From Leptospiraceae bacterium (lineage in GTDB: Bacteria > Spirochaetota > Leptospiria > Leptospirales > Leptonemataceae), in assembly GCA_040217195.1 (NCBI GenBank), contig JAVJNR010000008.1, forward strand, positions 192,001 through 256,000: a stretch of 64,000 bases of DNA, read 5' to 3'. The translations under genes and the position numbers were made by a program. The notes beneath the pieces were generated by a model. That model ran no database searches and was not told the origin of the DNA. It saw only the letters and a program-made list of their open reading frames with translations. Positions 30,682 to 41,487 of this stretch are shown here, one piece after another (position 1 is the first letter of the stretch; every line of letters begins with the position of its first letter).

Positions 30682-30734
30682 ATCTCTGTCTATGTCCGTA
30701 ATCCTAATAAGATCTCGGTAACCTGCAAAGTCAC

Positions 30735-32084
30735 CTAATGCGAAATGGCTGGACTGGCCTCCATGACTGCAAGCAATTTATGGAAAATCTCTGTGTTTTC
30801 GTAGGTGCCGGTGAAGGTTTCTGCTCCTGGCCCCCGGGCATACACAGGAACCATTTCCGCTGAATGCCCATGGGTTAGAAAATCGGACTTCTGTTTCTGG
30901 CCAGGACTGCCTTCCAGGATAGCATGGCCTCCGGTTTCATGGTCTGCGGTTACTATGATAAGGATGTTCTTTCCTTCCGTTTCCTGAAGGAGGGCTCCCA
31001 GGGTTTCATCCAGATCCATAAGCTCTGAGATTGCATAATCCGATGCATTGGCATGACCACCCCAATCAATCTGACTGCCTTCAATGAGCATAAGAAATGG
31101 TCTATCTCTGGACTCCAGTGTTCGAAGGCTTCGCAGGCTGGCCAGCTGCAAAAAATCCTTTCTATGTTCGGGTTCCGGTATAACAGAGAAATCAAGGTTT
31201 GCTTTCGTTTTGTCCGGAGCAGGCGATCCTGGTCCGGCTGAATCCCTGGTTTTTGATTTCTTAAAATACTTGATTCGATGCTCTACGCGAACCGGGGGAA
31301 GATGATCCCTGGCCAGAAGCCCTAGAAATCGATCCGTGGGTTCCCCGTTTATGCACAGGGTACTGCACTTGCTTTCCATAAATTTGGAATAATCCAGCTG
31401 CAGACCGTGGTACCTTAAGGAGTCCATTGCCGAATCAACACCTTCATTTGAAGCCGGATCAGAAGGGTCAGAAAGTAGGTTCTCCTTCGGTAGATGGGTC
31501 GGGGAGGCTTCCTCAGGAAGTAGCTTTGCCAGTGCTGGAATAAAATAGTCCCGGCCTCCACCTATTAGAATATCCGGAGGGTTCTGTGCGATCTGGTTTG
31601 CAATGGTTTCATCATTATGCCGATTTCGAATGTGCACAAATGCTCCGGCTGGAGTTGCATGGGTAACAGAGCTTGTGGAAATGATTGCAGTGCTCCAGTT
31701 ACGGCTTTTTGCAATTTCGAAAAAAGTAGTTACTCGATTGCTCCGGGAGTCCAGGCCGATCCATTCATTATAGGTCTTATGCCCGGAAAGCATGGCTGTA
31801 ATGGCAGCTGCAGAATCTGTAACACTTCCAGTAGCACTACTGGTTTTCTGAAGCCCTACCACTGGCATCGTTTCTAGATACAATGGCCTTCCTTTTTCCA
31901 GAGAGGCCTCACTGATCATAGAAAGCCCCATTCCATCACCTATGATTATTATGATTCCCTGCAGCGGCTGAGGCTGGTAGTCATCTGCCGGAGAGCATGC
32001 AGTCAGAAGGCTGAACCAGGCGAAAAGGGCCGGGCTGGTAATCAGACAAAGTTGCCGATAGACAGATTTTAAATTACCGAACAT
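30735..32084 (-). CDS. Alkaline phosphatase (PhoA-type), lipoprotein
   Basis: IGDGMG, VTDSAAA, HATPA, EGSQIDWGGH, TADHETGG. Confidence 0.92.
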   Translation of the reverse strand: MFGNLKSVYRQLCLITSPALFAWFSLLTACSPADDYQPQPLQGIIIIIGDGMGLSMISEASLEKGRPLYLETMPVVGLQKTSSATGSVTDSAAAITAMLSGHKTYNEWIGLDSRSNRVTTFFEIAKSRNWSTAIISTSSVTHATPAGAFVHIRNRHNDETIANQIAQNPPDILIGGGRDYFIPALAKLLPEEASPTHLPKENLLSDPSDPASNEGVDSAMDSLRYHGLQLDYSKFMESKCSTLCINGEPTDRFLGLLARDHLPPVRVEHRIKYFKKSKTRDSAGPGSPAPDKTKANLDFSVIPEPEHRKDFLQLASLRSLRTLESRDRPFLMLIEGSQIDWGGHANASDYAISELMDLDETLGALLQETEGKNILIIVTADHETGGHAILEGSPGQKQKSDFLTHGHSAEMVPVYARGPGAETFTGTYENTEIFHKLLAVMEASPAISH

Positions 32085-32251
32085 AGGCCAGCAATTGCCA
32101 GGATCAGCAGACCATAAAGCAAAAGATCGAGGCAGATATTACGAATGTGTTTTGATGAATCGAAAGGATAATGAAAACCTTTAAATACCGGATGATGCAC
32201 GGTACAGCAAATGCGCCGGGGAAGAGAAAAAACGATTCGATAGATACTGGA

Positions 32252-32647
32252 TTACTGTCCTGCATGATGCATTATAAGTTTCCAGGAATCGTCAATCTTG
32301 CGAAATACGTTTGTTGCTCGCACCTGACCCCGTTTCGTCTGTCCTGAAGAAACAGCCATCACAGATTCAATGCAGTGAACTACAGCCAGGTCCATGCCAG
32401 CCATAACCCTGCTGTCCTGGATATCGATCTCCATGTACGAAGTGCCGGCAAAGATCATCTTCCAGGATTCCATAATGGCTTCAAATCCGATAAGCGTTGG
32501 CTGCTGCGGATGGATGCAAATCACATCTGGACTGTGTTCCCAGCAGGCTTTCATCTTATCCCAGCTAAGTTTCTCAAAGGCTGAGTAAAAGCTACGATTG
32601 GCTTCCAGGACCTCTTTTTGCTGCTCCGATAAGAACTCTTGCATCAT
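32252..32647 (-). CDS. SnoaL/NTF2-family protein
   Basis: ANRSFYSAFE, CIHP, ATNVFRK, WKLIMHH. Confidence 0.85.
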   Translation of the reverse strand: MMQEFLSEQQKEVLEANRSFYSAFEKLSWDKMKACWEHSPDVICIHPQQPTLIGFEAIMESWKMIFAGTSYMEIDIQDSRVMAGMDLAVVHCIESVMAVSSGQTKRGQVRATNVFRKIDDSWKLIMHHAGQ

Positions 32648-32810
32648 TGCCTCATAGCCACCGGACTGCCTGCTGCAGACCCGGATTCAGACCAGGTTAC
32701 GGATAGGCCCAGGATGACCAAAAGCCTCCTTTTGGCCAGCAGCTTTCGGTCAAGTTTACTCTCGGAACAAATCCTTTTCACCAGAGGGGCTCTTTATTTT
32801 CTTGTATTTC

Positions 32811-34232
32811 ATGGCCGGAAAAACCCTCTACGATAAGATCTACGATGCCCACCTGGTGGCAGACGATGGAAAGAGCGCTCCACTACTTTACATCGATAGA
32901 CATTTAATTCATGAAGTGACCTCTCCTCAGGCTTTCGAGGGTCTGAGACTGGCAGGGAGAAAGGTTCGTCGGCCGGATCTTACCTTTGCTACCATGGACC
33001 ATAATGTATCCACCCGCACCAGGGACTGGAATGGAGCCGGTGAAATTAGCAGAATCCAGATGGAGACTTTGAAGGATAACTGCGAACAGAACAGGATCCG
33101 GCTATTTGATCTAAATAATGAAGACCAGGGAATTGTGCACGTAATCGGACCTGAGATGGGACTTACTCTTCCTGGCCATACCATTGTCTGCGGCGACTCC
33201 CATACGTCTACTCACGGTGCCTTTGGAGCTCTGGCCTTTGGCATTGGCACCAGCGAAGTTGAGCATGTTCTGGCTACTCAGACTCTGCAGCAAAGAAAGT
33301 CCAAGAATATGCTGGTTCGAATCGATGGACCGGTGGGCTACGGAGTTACAGCAAAGGATATAGTGCTGGCCATCATTGGAAAAATAAGCGCCAGCGGAGG
33401 TACCGGCTATGTCATCGAATATGCCGGGGAAGCCATAAGCAACCTTTCCATGGAAGGCCGGATGACCATCTGTAATATGTCCATTGAAGCGGGAGCCCGG
33501 GCCGGACTTATCGCTCCAGATGAAACCACGTTTGAATATATTAAGGGTAAAGACTTCGCTCCCAAAGGAGCAGATTTTGATAAAGCTGTGGAATACTGGA
33601 AAAGCCTTATATCAGATTCCGATGCGAAATATGATCGCGAAGTGGTCTTGAAAGGTTCCGAAATTGCGCCTCAGGTTACCTGGGGAACCAATCCTGGACA
33701 GGTGGTAGGTGTGGATGGATCAGTACCCGATCCAGATTCCATTTCCGATCCTGTGGAGCGCGAAACGGCAAGACATGCGTTAACCTACATGGGATTGCAG
33801 GGCGGTCAAAAGATTGAAGATATTGCAATCAATACAGTTTTTATTGGATCCTGCACCAATTCCAGAATCGAGGATTTGCGAAGGGCAGCCAATGTAGTGA
33901 AAGGCCAGAAGGTAGCCGCAAATATTCGAGCCATGGTAGTTCCTGGTTCCGGTAGAGTGCGAAGGCAGGCCATGGAGGAAGGACTGGATAAGATTTTCAC
34001 CGATGCTGGCTTCGAATGGCGATTTGCTGGATGTTCCATGTGTCTTGCCATGAACGATGATAATCTTGCCTCTGGAGAAAGATGCGCCTCCACATCCAAT
34101 CGAAATTTTGAAGGCAGGCAGGGCAAAGGAGGGCGAACCCATCTTGTGAGTCCTGAAATGGCAGCCGCTGCTGCATTGAACGGACATTTTGTAGATGTTC
34201 GCAAAGTGACCAAAGAAGGAGTTACCGTATGA
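32811..34232 (+). CDS. leuC: 3-isopropylmalate dehydratase large subunit
   Basis: [35 protein letters not shown]. Confidence 0.98.
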   Translation: MAGKTLYDKIYDAHLVADDGKSAPLLYIDRHLIHEVTSPQAFEGLRLAGRKVRRPDLTFATMDHNVSTRTRDWNGAGEISRIQMETLKDNCEQNRIRLFDLNNEDQGIVHVIGPEMGLTLPGHTIVCGDSHTSTHGAFGALAFGIGTSEVEHVLATQTLQQRKSKNMLVRIDGPVGYGVTAKDIVLAIIGKISASGGTGYVIEYAGEAISNLSMEGRMTICNMSIEAGARAGLIAPDETTFEYIKGKDFAPKGADFDKAVEYWKSLISDSDAKYDREVVLKGSEIAPQVTWGTNPGQVVGVDGSVPDPDSISDPVERETARHALTYMGLQGGQKIEDIAINTVFIGSCTNSRIEDLRRAANVVKGQKVAANIRAMVVPGSGRVRRQAMEEGLDKIFTDAGFEWRFAGCSMCLAMNDDNLASGERCASTSNRNFEGRQGKGGRTHLVSPEMAAAAALNGHFVDVRKVTKEGVTV

Positions 34233-34861
34233 AGCCATTTACCGTACATGAAGGAATTCCCGCACTACTGGACCGTGCAAACGTAGATACAGATCAAATT
34301 ATTCCCAAGCAGTTTCTGAAGAAGATCGAACGCACTGGTTTTGGTACTCATCTATTTCACGATTGGCGCTATACCGACGACGAAGGCACAAAACCCAATC
34401 CAGAATTCAGCCTGAATCGTTCTGAATTCAAGGGAGCCAGTGTCCTGGTAGCCAGGGAGAACTTTGGCTGTGGCTCCAGTCGGGAACATGCTCCCTGGGC
34501 ACTTCTGGATTATGGATTCTATACGATTATCGCACCCTCTTATGCAGACATCTTCTACAATAACTGTTTCAAGAACGGAATGCTTCCAGTACAACTCAGC
34601 AGCGCAGAAGTGGAAGAGATTTTTCAGTGGGTGCAATCCAATTTAAGCCAGCCAGTCGTTGTAGATCTGGAAAAGCAGGAAGTACGCCTGGGTTCGGACA
34701 AAACATACAAATTTGAAGTAGATGCATTTAGAAAGGAATGCCTGGTCAATGGAGACGATGATATTGCCCTTTCTTTGCGCAATGCAGACTCTATTGATCA
34801 GTTCGAAAAGGGATACGAGTCTAAATACTCCTTTATGTTCCCGGATACTAAGGCCGGCTAA
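34229..34861 (+). CDS. leuD: 3-isopropylmalate dehydratase small subunit
   Basis: [32 protein letters not shown] overlap with leuC. Confidence 0.98.
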   Translation: MKPFTVHEGIPALLDRANVDTDQIIPKQFLKKIERTGFGTHLFHDWRYTDDEGTKPNPEFSLNRSEFKGASVLVARENFGCGSSREHAPWALLDYGFYTIIAPSYADIFYNNCFKNGMLPVQLSSAEVEEIFQWVQSNLSQPVVVDLEKQEVRLGSDKTYKFEVDAFRKECLVNGDDDIALSLRNADSIDQFEKGYESKYSFMFPDTKAG

Positions 34862-34987
34862 ATAGAGTATTTTTAGACTCCAGGCAGTAGGATACTCATT
34901 CAATTAAAGGCGAATTGAAAGGCGAACTGTAATTCTGATTCCACCGTCCAACCGGGGACAGTGGCATAGACTACCAGGAGAAAGTAG

Positions 34988-35422
34988 ATGGTTGGCAGAA
35001 TGAATTCACAGGCGCGGTACCTTCAATCAATGCAATGGGCTTGCCGAATCCGCTCGAATAAGAGAGTATTCCTGGCCAATGCAAAAAAGCTAGGGATTCT
35101 GGTTTTGATGCTTGCTTTTACCGGAACTACCCAGTGTAAGAGATTCTTTCAACCGGAGATTCCTACAGGTATAGAACGACGATTACAGGCAGATGGAAAC
35201 CTGGAAATCATTTCCACCGGAAAGGCCTCAAGAAATGCCATAGAGAAGGACAGTGTTGCAATGAAACAGACCACTTCCAGAGAGGCGGCCCGGCTCATTC
35301 TAGAGGCGGAGCTGCAAAACGGAAACTATCCTGGCCATAAAGAACGGTTTGAAATCCAGTCCGTAGAATTTCTATATGACTTTGAGTATTGCATTATAAA
35401 AGGAAAGTATAAGAAGAAGTGA
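34988..35422 (+). CDS. Hypothetical lipoprotein
   Basis: Hydrophobic stretch ending in TTQC; GTGA overlap with folD; start uncertain. Confidence 0.65.
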   Translation: MVGRMNSQARYLQSMQWACRIRSNKRVFLANAKKLGILVLMLAFTGTTQCKRFFQPEIPTGIERRLQADGNLEIISTGKASRNAIEKDSVAMKQTTSREAARLILEAELQNGNYPGHKERFEIQSVEFLYDFEYCIIKGKYKKK

Positions 35423-36264
35423 CTCTACTGGACGGAAAATCCCTCTCTCTAGAAATTCGCGAAGAAATTCGTAAACAAATCGATAGACGCATATCAGAAG
35501 AAAAGCCCATTCCCTGCCTGGCAACCATACTTGTAGGCCAGGATCCGGCCAGCGAAACCTACGTAAAAATGAAAGTTAAGGCCTGCGAACAGGCCGGCAT
35601 GAAATCCATTCGGAGGGATTTGCCTTCAAGCACTACTACAGCGGAGCTACTGGAAGAGATTCAAAGATTGAATGCGAATCCAGATGTGCATGGAATTCTA
35701 TTACAGCATCCAGTTCCCGAGCAGATCGATGAAAGGGCCTGCTTCGATGCCATTGCCATAGATAAAGATGTGGATGGGGTTACGACTCAGGGCTATGGTT
35801 TAATGAGCTTTGGTTTGCCTTCCTATCCCAGTTGCACTCCGGCCGGAATCATGAAAATGATGAGCCATTATGGAATTGAAACAGAAGGAAAGCATGCTGT
35901 GGTTGTGGGAAGATCTGCCATTCTGGGCAGACCACTGGCAGCGCTGCTGATTCAGGCAAATGCTACCGTTACAGTTTGCCATTCCAAAACAAAGGATCTA
36001 CCTTCGCATCTGGCCATGGCCGATCTGGTATTTGCAGCCTGCGGCAAACCTAACTTTGTGCAGGGAGACTGGCTCAAAGAAGGATGCGTTGTGATAGATG
36101 CAGGCTACAACAAAGGTAACATAGGCGATGCAGATTTCGAAAGCTGCTCAAAGAAAGCCAGCGCAATCACACCAGTTCCAGGCGGCGTAGGTCCTATGAC
36201 TATTGCCATGCTATTATCGCATACATTGCAGTCCGCTCAGGGCCGGGATGTGTCATTGATTTAG
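35419..36264 (+). CDS. folD: Methylenetetrahydrofolate dehydrogenase/cyclohydrolase
   Basis: YVKMK, KDVDG, CTPAG, TPVPGGVGPMT. Confidence 0.97.
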   Translation: MTLLDGKSLSLEIREEIRKQIDRRISEEKPIPCLATILVGQDPASETYVKMKVKACEQAGMKSIRRDLPSSTTTAELLEEIQRLNANPDVHGILLQHPVPEQIDERACFDAIAIDKDVDGVTTQGYGLMSFGLPSYPSCTPAGIMKMMSHYGIETEGKHAVVVGRSAILGRPLAALLIQANATVTVCHSKTKDLPSHLAMADLVFAACGKPNFVQGDWLKEGCVVIDAGYNKGNIGDADFESCSKKASAITPVPGGVGPMTIAMLLSHTLQSAQGRDVSLI

Positions 36265-36284
36265 ATTTCTGAAATGAAGCACCA

Positions 36285-36314
36285 GATGCTTCTGATGCTT
36301 CTGATGCTTCTGAT
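36285..36314. repeat. 9-bp tandem repeat (GATGCTTCT)x3.3
   Basis: Read directly, just downstream of folD. Confidence 0.85.
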
Positions 36315-36493
36315 TTAAGATCATTTCTTCTTTAAACGTACATTTTTCGAGCCCACACAGCCTGGGCTTTGCGCTTATGGCAGATTGGCCGAGAGTGAAG
36401 GCAGGCCGGAGCTAATGTCTGTGTGGCTACCTTCTGTTCGGATTCATCGCATCTGCCCATGGATTGAGACCGGATGAAAAGGCTACGCCGCTC

Positions 36494-37372
36494 TTAGATG
36501 TTAATTCCGATACCAAATGATAATGTGCGCATACTAAACGTAGGGCTTTCAAGACCATATGTTTCTGAATTGCCATTACTATCTGTATAGGTTTTAGCAA
36601 TTCGCAACCGATGGAGTTCATAGTCCATTTGAAAGTATGCAAAGAAATTCTCGGAAACGTTGGCCTGAATCCCAACTTTGGGTGCCATTTTTGCAATTCG
36701 ACAGGAACCGTCGAATTCGATATCTACGTAGCAGACACCCAGACCAATATCCAGACCAATATATGGGTCTATCAATTCATCTCGAAAGGGGTGCAGACTC
36801 AGTCCACCTTCTACCATATAATATTCGTAGCCGTACTCATTTTTGTAGTTCATCAATCCTTCCAGACTGGGCGCCGGCAATGGTATGGCATAGCCCTGGA
36901 TCAGAGCCTCCAGAGCTGCATTGGGCGAAGTTTGAAAGAAATTTAGATAGGCCAGTCGCGTAAATTCACCACAATTCAATTTACATTGTTCCACTCCATT
37001 TCCATAAACGAAGCCTGCATTCATCCGTAGAAAGGGTATGGCATTGATATCTTTGTGCAGGCCCATCCTGAACTGTCGTTCATCCCGACTCCATCGGCTG
37101 GTATTGGCACTTTCAATTAAAATGGCCTCCTCCAATTCGGAATACCCCGCAGGCGAAGTGGGAAAAACAAATCGGCCCAGACCCACCCTTGTGAAGGCAT
37201 CCTCGAACTGGGGTCCTGCTGTATACTCATCAGAGGAATAGGCTCCACCGATGTAGAGTGAAAATCCCTTTGTAAAGCTTGATTCAGCAGATAGTCCTGC
37301 CAGGGGAAGCAGGCCAGCGATACATAAGGTCATAGTTGCCAGAATTTGAGGAAAGGATAACGTTCTAATCAT
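36494..37372 (-). CDS. Probable outer-membrane beta-barrel protein
   Basis: Signal peptide; alternating amphipathic strands (DPYIGLDIGLG, FFAYFQMDYE, TLSFGIGINI). Confidence 0.7.
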   Translation of the reverse strand: MIRTLSFPQILATMTLCIAGLLPLAGLSAESSFTKGFSLYIGGAYSSDEYTAGPQFEDAFTRVGLGRFVFPTSPAGYSELEEAILIESANTSRWSRDERQFRMGLHKDINAIPFLRMNAGFVYGNGVEQCKLNCGEFTRLAYLNFFQTSPNAALEALIQGYAIPLPAPSLEGLMNYKNEYGYEYYMVEGGLSLHPFRDELIDPYIGLDIGLGVCYVDIEFDGSCRIAKMAPKVGIQANVSENFFAYFQMDYELHRLRIAKTYTDSNGNSETYGLESPTFSMRTLSFGIGINI

Positions 37373-37597
37373 TTTTCTCTCCAGAGAGTATGCCCGAATC
37401 TAAGCCATCACTGGTTTGAGCAAAGGGCTTCCAGCACAGGTTCCACCTCTGGAATGATGGTCAAGTAAAAACAAAATTATTAATCCATAACATAAAGAAA
37501 CAGGAATAGATTGACAGAAACTAGAACCACTGCTGAAAGTCTATGAGATAAATCGAAAATGATATTTTACTCGAATTATGATCTTCAGGAGATATAG

Positions 37598-37999
37598 ATG
37601 AGACCCATAATTTTAAGCGGGGCTCTGCTGGTTGCCCTGAGTGGCATCGGTTGCATGGGCATTGACATTGCTAACGGAGATATTGCTCTAACCCGTGGTT
37701 TCAGAGCTAATACAAATCCTGCTCAGGAATACCATAGCGCGGCAGCAACCATTGGCAAAGGCGGATTGATGTTCCATATGAATACAGTGCCTCAGCAGGT
37801 TGGCCTGAACGCCGAATCAACCAGGACAGGAGAAGCCTGTGTTTATGGATTCTTCTGGCTGGTAGCCTGGGGGGATCAGTCCATTGAGGCAGCCAAGAAA
37901 AACGGTGAGATCCAGAAGGTTTCCAGCGTGGAACAGAGAATCATGGCGGCACTGGGCGCTGTATTCCAGATGAACTGCACGGTGGTAAAAGGCTCATGA
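37598..37999 (+). CDS. TRL-like family lipoprotein
   Basis: Lipobox, GEAC..F.LVAWGDQSIEAAKKNGEI, NCTVVKG. Confidence 0.85.
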   Translation: MRPIILSGALLVALSGIGCMGIDIANGDIALTRGFRANTNPAQEYHSAAATIGKGGLMFHMNTVPQQVGLNAESTRTGEACVYGFFWLVAWGDQSIEAAKKNGEIQKVSSVEQRIMAALGAVFQMNCTVVKGS

Positions 38000-38328
38000 A
38001 GAAAAGGAATCAGATCTTATACATTTCACTTCTGGCATTTCTCCTGCTGGCTGCTTCCGCCTGTGTAACCGGGCCATCCAGCGGCTTTCTATTCAGCAAG
38101 ACTACCTTTGCCGGGGAGATCAATCCATCCAACGAAGTAAGCGCTGACGTTTCTGCGGAAGGATGCCAGCATCAGGTCCTGGGACTGATTGCCCTTGGAG
38201 AAGCGGGGGCCGGTCAGATAGCCCGAGACAACGATATCAGACGGATAGCAACTGTGGACCATTCTTCTTTGAACATTCTCACTGTGCTCTATAGAAATTA
38301 CTGCACAATCGTGACTGGAGAAAAATAG
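37996..38328 (+). CDS. TRL-like family lipoprotein
   Basis: ASAC lipobox, EGCQHQVLGLIALGEAG, YCTIVTGE. Confidence 0.85.
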   Translation: MKKRNQILYISLLAFLLLAASACVTGPSSGFLFSKTTFAGEINPSNEVSADVSAEGCQHQVLGLIALGEAGAGQIARDNDIRRIATVDHSSLNILTVLYRNYCTIVTGEK

Positions 38329-38338
38329 GAAGCAACTC

Positions 38339-38680
38339 ATGAAAAGATATCTCAGATTATTCATTCCATTCGCTCTTCTGGGACTGATGCAATGCATTTC
38401 ATCTCCGATGCAGGGACAGTTTCTGACTTTTACCGAGCATACAGTTCATGACCGTATAACGGGAAACATTATTGGAAACGGTGAAGTAAGTAAGAGGGGG
38501 GAGTCCTGCTCCTATGGTTCCGGATTTCTTCTTCCATTCTTTTATGGCGGAGGCCGCAGTCTTGAAGAAGCCATGGCCGATGGCAAGATCTCCCAGATTG
38601 CAGTCATCGATCACAGCTCCCTGGCAGTCCTGGGCGGACTCTTTATGCATCGCGAATGTATTGTAGTCTGGGGTAGTTAG
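38339..38680 (+). CDS. TRL-like family lipoprotein
   Basis: LMQC lipobox, GESC, IAVIDHSS, ECIVVWG. Confidence 0.85.
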   Translation: MKRYLRLFIPFALLGLMQCISSPMQGQFLTFTEHTVHDRITGNIIGNGEVSKRGESCSYGSGFLLPFFYGGGRSLEEAMADGKISQIAVIDHSSLAVLGGLFMHRECIVVWGS

Positions 38681-39091
38681 AAAAGTACAGCAAGCCTGGG
38701 AGGCCGCGGGCCGTTTCCTCACCGATGCCTGCAGAAAAACCGTGCGTTTCGTCCAGGATGTGGGTGCCTGGACCTTTCTGCTGGCGGCTTCTCTTTGGAG
38801 GCCCAATCAGTGAGTTAATAGATGCAGGTATGGTAGCTCTGAACATAGACAGCAACATTTTGGATCAGCGGAACTATAACTTTTCCAAATCCAAATTCTT
38901 GTTCTTCAACACGGTCTCCGAATCAGATTATAGAATTGCAGCTTCGGTAATGCTGCAGTTGTAGGATCGCAGCTCGAGACGTGGCGCTGAAGCGAGATTG
39001 ATTGCTTGCAGCTAGAAAGGCTTTCATTGGAATCATTTACGTTAAATAAAATCATTTGACCAGAGATCTAAAACTACAGCCTTTCTATCGA

Positions 39092-39745
39092 ATGTCCGGA
39101 TGGTGGAGAAAAATTCTCATCATGTTTGTTCTAGCTGTTTGTTTACAAACGTTCGCCTGCAAGACTGTTGACTACGACGATAGACAGCCAGTGGGGTTGC
39201 TCCAGGTTCGTATCACCGTCAATTCTGCCAGAAACTATGGATGCAGAATTCTTGAATTTTCATCCTCCTATCCCTTTAACCTGGAGCAGGCCATCCCGCT
39301 AGCCCCTGCATCCCCGGAATTCAATCGAAATCCATCCAATCTGGATGTATTCCTTCAAATCAAGAATTCCCAGAGCATCGGCATTCCGATTAGGTCCGGC
39401 CAAAGCCTTTATATTCTCTGCGAAGAGGATCGGTCATTGACCGCTCAACTACATGCATTGAAGATTAACTTGCACGAACGTACATCTGGCATCAAGCCCA
39501 ACTGCTTTTCTCGAGGGACCGGTTACATGAGCAGCAGCTCCGAATGCAATTTATTGCTTCCTACCGATCACTCAGAAGAGATATCGCTCAGTCTTGATCT
39601 GTCACGGCCGGTACAGAGTGAGGATCCAATTCGAGCGTGCACTTTTCCTTTCCAGGGATATGAAAGAATCTGGAGGCCTGCACCAAGGATTAATCAAAGA
39701 ATGGTGCCGCGGATTTCGGTAAATAATGAGGTGCTACTGGAATAG
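39092..39745 (+). CDS. Cys-rich hypothetical lipoprotein (paralog of 39789-40466)
   Basis: TFAC lipobox; shared CEEDR and LDLS..DP.RAC motifs. Confidence 0.7.
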   Translation: MSGWWRKILIMFVLAVCLQTFACKTVDYDDRQPVGLLQVRITVNSARNYGCRILEFSSSYPFNLEQAIPLAPASPEFNRNPSNLDVFLQIKNSQSIGIPIRSGQSLYILCEEDRSLTAQLHALKINLHERTSGIKPNCFSRGTGYMSSSSECNLLLPTDHSEEISLSLDLSRPVQSEDPIRACTFPFQGYERIWRPAPRINQRMVPRISVNNEVLLE

Positions 39746-39788
39746 TGAACCGCGGCTTTGCAAAGTGCCGACCTTTCCTGAATAAACG

Positions 39789-40466
39789 ATGAAAATGATT
39801 GTGACCATTTGCTCTTCTAAGAATTGGATCTTTAAGTCCGTATTGCTTTTCCTCCTGGGCTTCGCATTCTGCATGGGTAATCAAGAACTCCACCCGCCTT
39901 CAGGTCGATTGTTGATTCTTAAGGTTCGAACCGGAACTGGCACAGCGTATCATTGCAAATTGATCAAACTACCTTCCCAGCATTCCTACGAAGTGGAGGA
40001 CGATATGTTTTTCAATCCTCTTCAGAATCCATTCAATTCCCTGGCCAGGGGTTATCGACTGGAAACAGATGTGAAAGAGAAATCGGAAATTCGAATACCA
40101 GTATCAGTTAATGAAAGCATTCATCTGATTTGCGAGGAAGACCGATTCTTCACATCGCAATACCATGCTTTGCAAGTAGATATTCTGCCTACGGATACGT
40201 CCCCTGCTTGCCGATCCCTGGAGTCTCGCTTCCTGAGTAGCAAGACACAGTGCGTCTTACCCCTGGTGCCGCCGGAAGAAATGGACCATCTATTCTTAAC
40301 GCTGGATCTCAGTGATTCTGTTTCTCAGCCGGATCCGGTGCGAGCTTGCGCCAGCCCCTTCAGCGGTCTGGATAATCATCCGGCCAGGAATTCAAAAGTG
40401 GTGGATTCGATGATACCCAGAATATACCTGGAAAATCAGGTGCTTCTTCCCGTGCCATCGCAATAG
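39789..40466 (+). CDS. Cys-rich hypothetical lipoprotein (paralog of 39092-39745)
   Basis: FAFC lipobox; shared motifs with the neighbouring gene. Confidence 0.7.
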   Translation: MKMIVTICSSKNWIFKSVLLFLLGFAFCMGNQELHPPSGRLLILKVRTGTGTAYHCKLIKLPSQHSYEVEDDMFFNPLQNPFNSLARGYRLETDVKEKSEIRIPVSVNESIHLICEEDRFFTSQYHALQVDILPTDTSPACRSLESRFLSSKTQCVLPLVPPEEMDHLFLTLDLSDSVSQPDPVRACASPFSGLDNHPARNSKVVDSMIPRIYLENQVLLPVPSQ

Positions 40467-40737
40467 TCTCAACCGGACTACCTTCTATGACATTTCTCCC
40501 ATTGGCCGCCGGTGAGTTACTTTCTTGAACTTTCGTCCCAATAGGCGATGGTGGATTGGTCACTTCATCCTCCGTCTCCAAAGGACCATGGTAAGGTGTT
40601 TCATTGATAATCCGCTCGGATCGGAAAACTCTGGCCCTGGAAAATGCGCAGATCATGTAAGCATCGTTATGATCCAAAAGGATTCTAATCTGCATTCAGT
40701 CTTTTGCTCCAATTCTCGGGACAGCTAAGCGTTGCAT

Positions 40738-41487
40738 TTAGGCTCTCTTAATCATCATCTTCATATATAGCAAAGGCCAAACGGCCCAGAGAATACGAGC
40801 AATGCGAGCCTGGAAAGGAATCATCAATCTTGGCTTTCGTCTCTCTATTCCTTCCACAATTGCCCGAGCTACCTGCTGGGGCGTTACACTCCCCCGAGAC
40901 TGACGGGGCGCCTGGTCGCTGCTGCTCTGGACTTCAGTCGTCAAAAAGGAAGGATAAGCAATGAGAAAGTCTACCTCCGGTGTTTCGCTTCGCAGAGTAT
41001 CCATAAAAGCACTGATGGAATGCTTGGATGGGCAATAAGCGCTGCGATTCTTTAAGGGAGCAAATCCACTGACGCTTGAAATGGCCGTAACAAAGCCTCG
41101 CTTCTGAATTAGATCTGGTAGCAGGGCATGCAGCGCTCCCACGGCTGAAAAGAAATTTACCTCGAAGACTTTGCGAAAGTCCTCTTCTTTTGTTTCCATA
41201 AACGGAGCTATGTTTGTAATTCCAGCATTCAGAATAATCCCATCCGGCTGGAACTGCACAGCTTTCTTCCAGGCAATGGCTCTGGATGCCCGGGATAGAT
41301 CCATCCTTTGAATAGAAAGGTCCTCTTTCGATGCCAGAGGCCGCAGGGAGTCCAGAGCCTTCTGGTTTACATCTATGGCGAGTATCCGGGCACCTCTTCC
41401 CAGAAGTTCCACCACCAGAGCTCTACCAAGGTTCCCACCGGCACCGGTTACGGCCACCTTGCAGTCGATCAGGGATCTTCGCTTCAT
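40738..41487 (-). CDS. Classical SDR oxidoreductase
   Basis: TGAGGNLG, NAG, YCPSK. Confidence 0.9.
   Translation of the reverse strand: MKRRSLIDCKVAVTGAGGNLGRALVVELLGRGARILAIDVNQKALDSLRPLASKEDLSIQRMDLSRASRAIAWKKAVQFQPDGIILNAGITNIAPFMETKEEDFRKVFEVNFFSAVGALHALLPDLIQKRGFVTAISSVSGFAPLKNRSAYCPSKHSISAFMDTLRSETPEVDFLIAYPSFLTTEVQSSSDQAPRQSRGSVTPQQVARAIVEGIERRKPRLMIPFQARIARILWAVWPLLYMKMMIKRA

Noticed and set aside
38700..39050. Short ORFs between the TRL genes and the lipoprotein pair
   Set aside because: Conflicting short ORFs on both strands with no motif or RBS.
40360..40728. Short ORFs between convergent genes
   Set aside because: No recognisable features; one overlaps a supported CDS.
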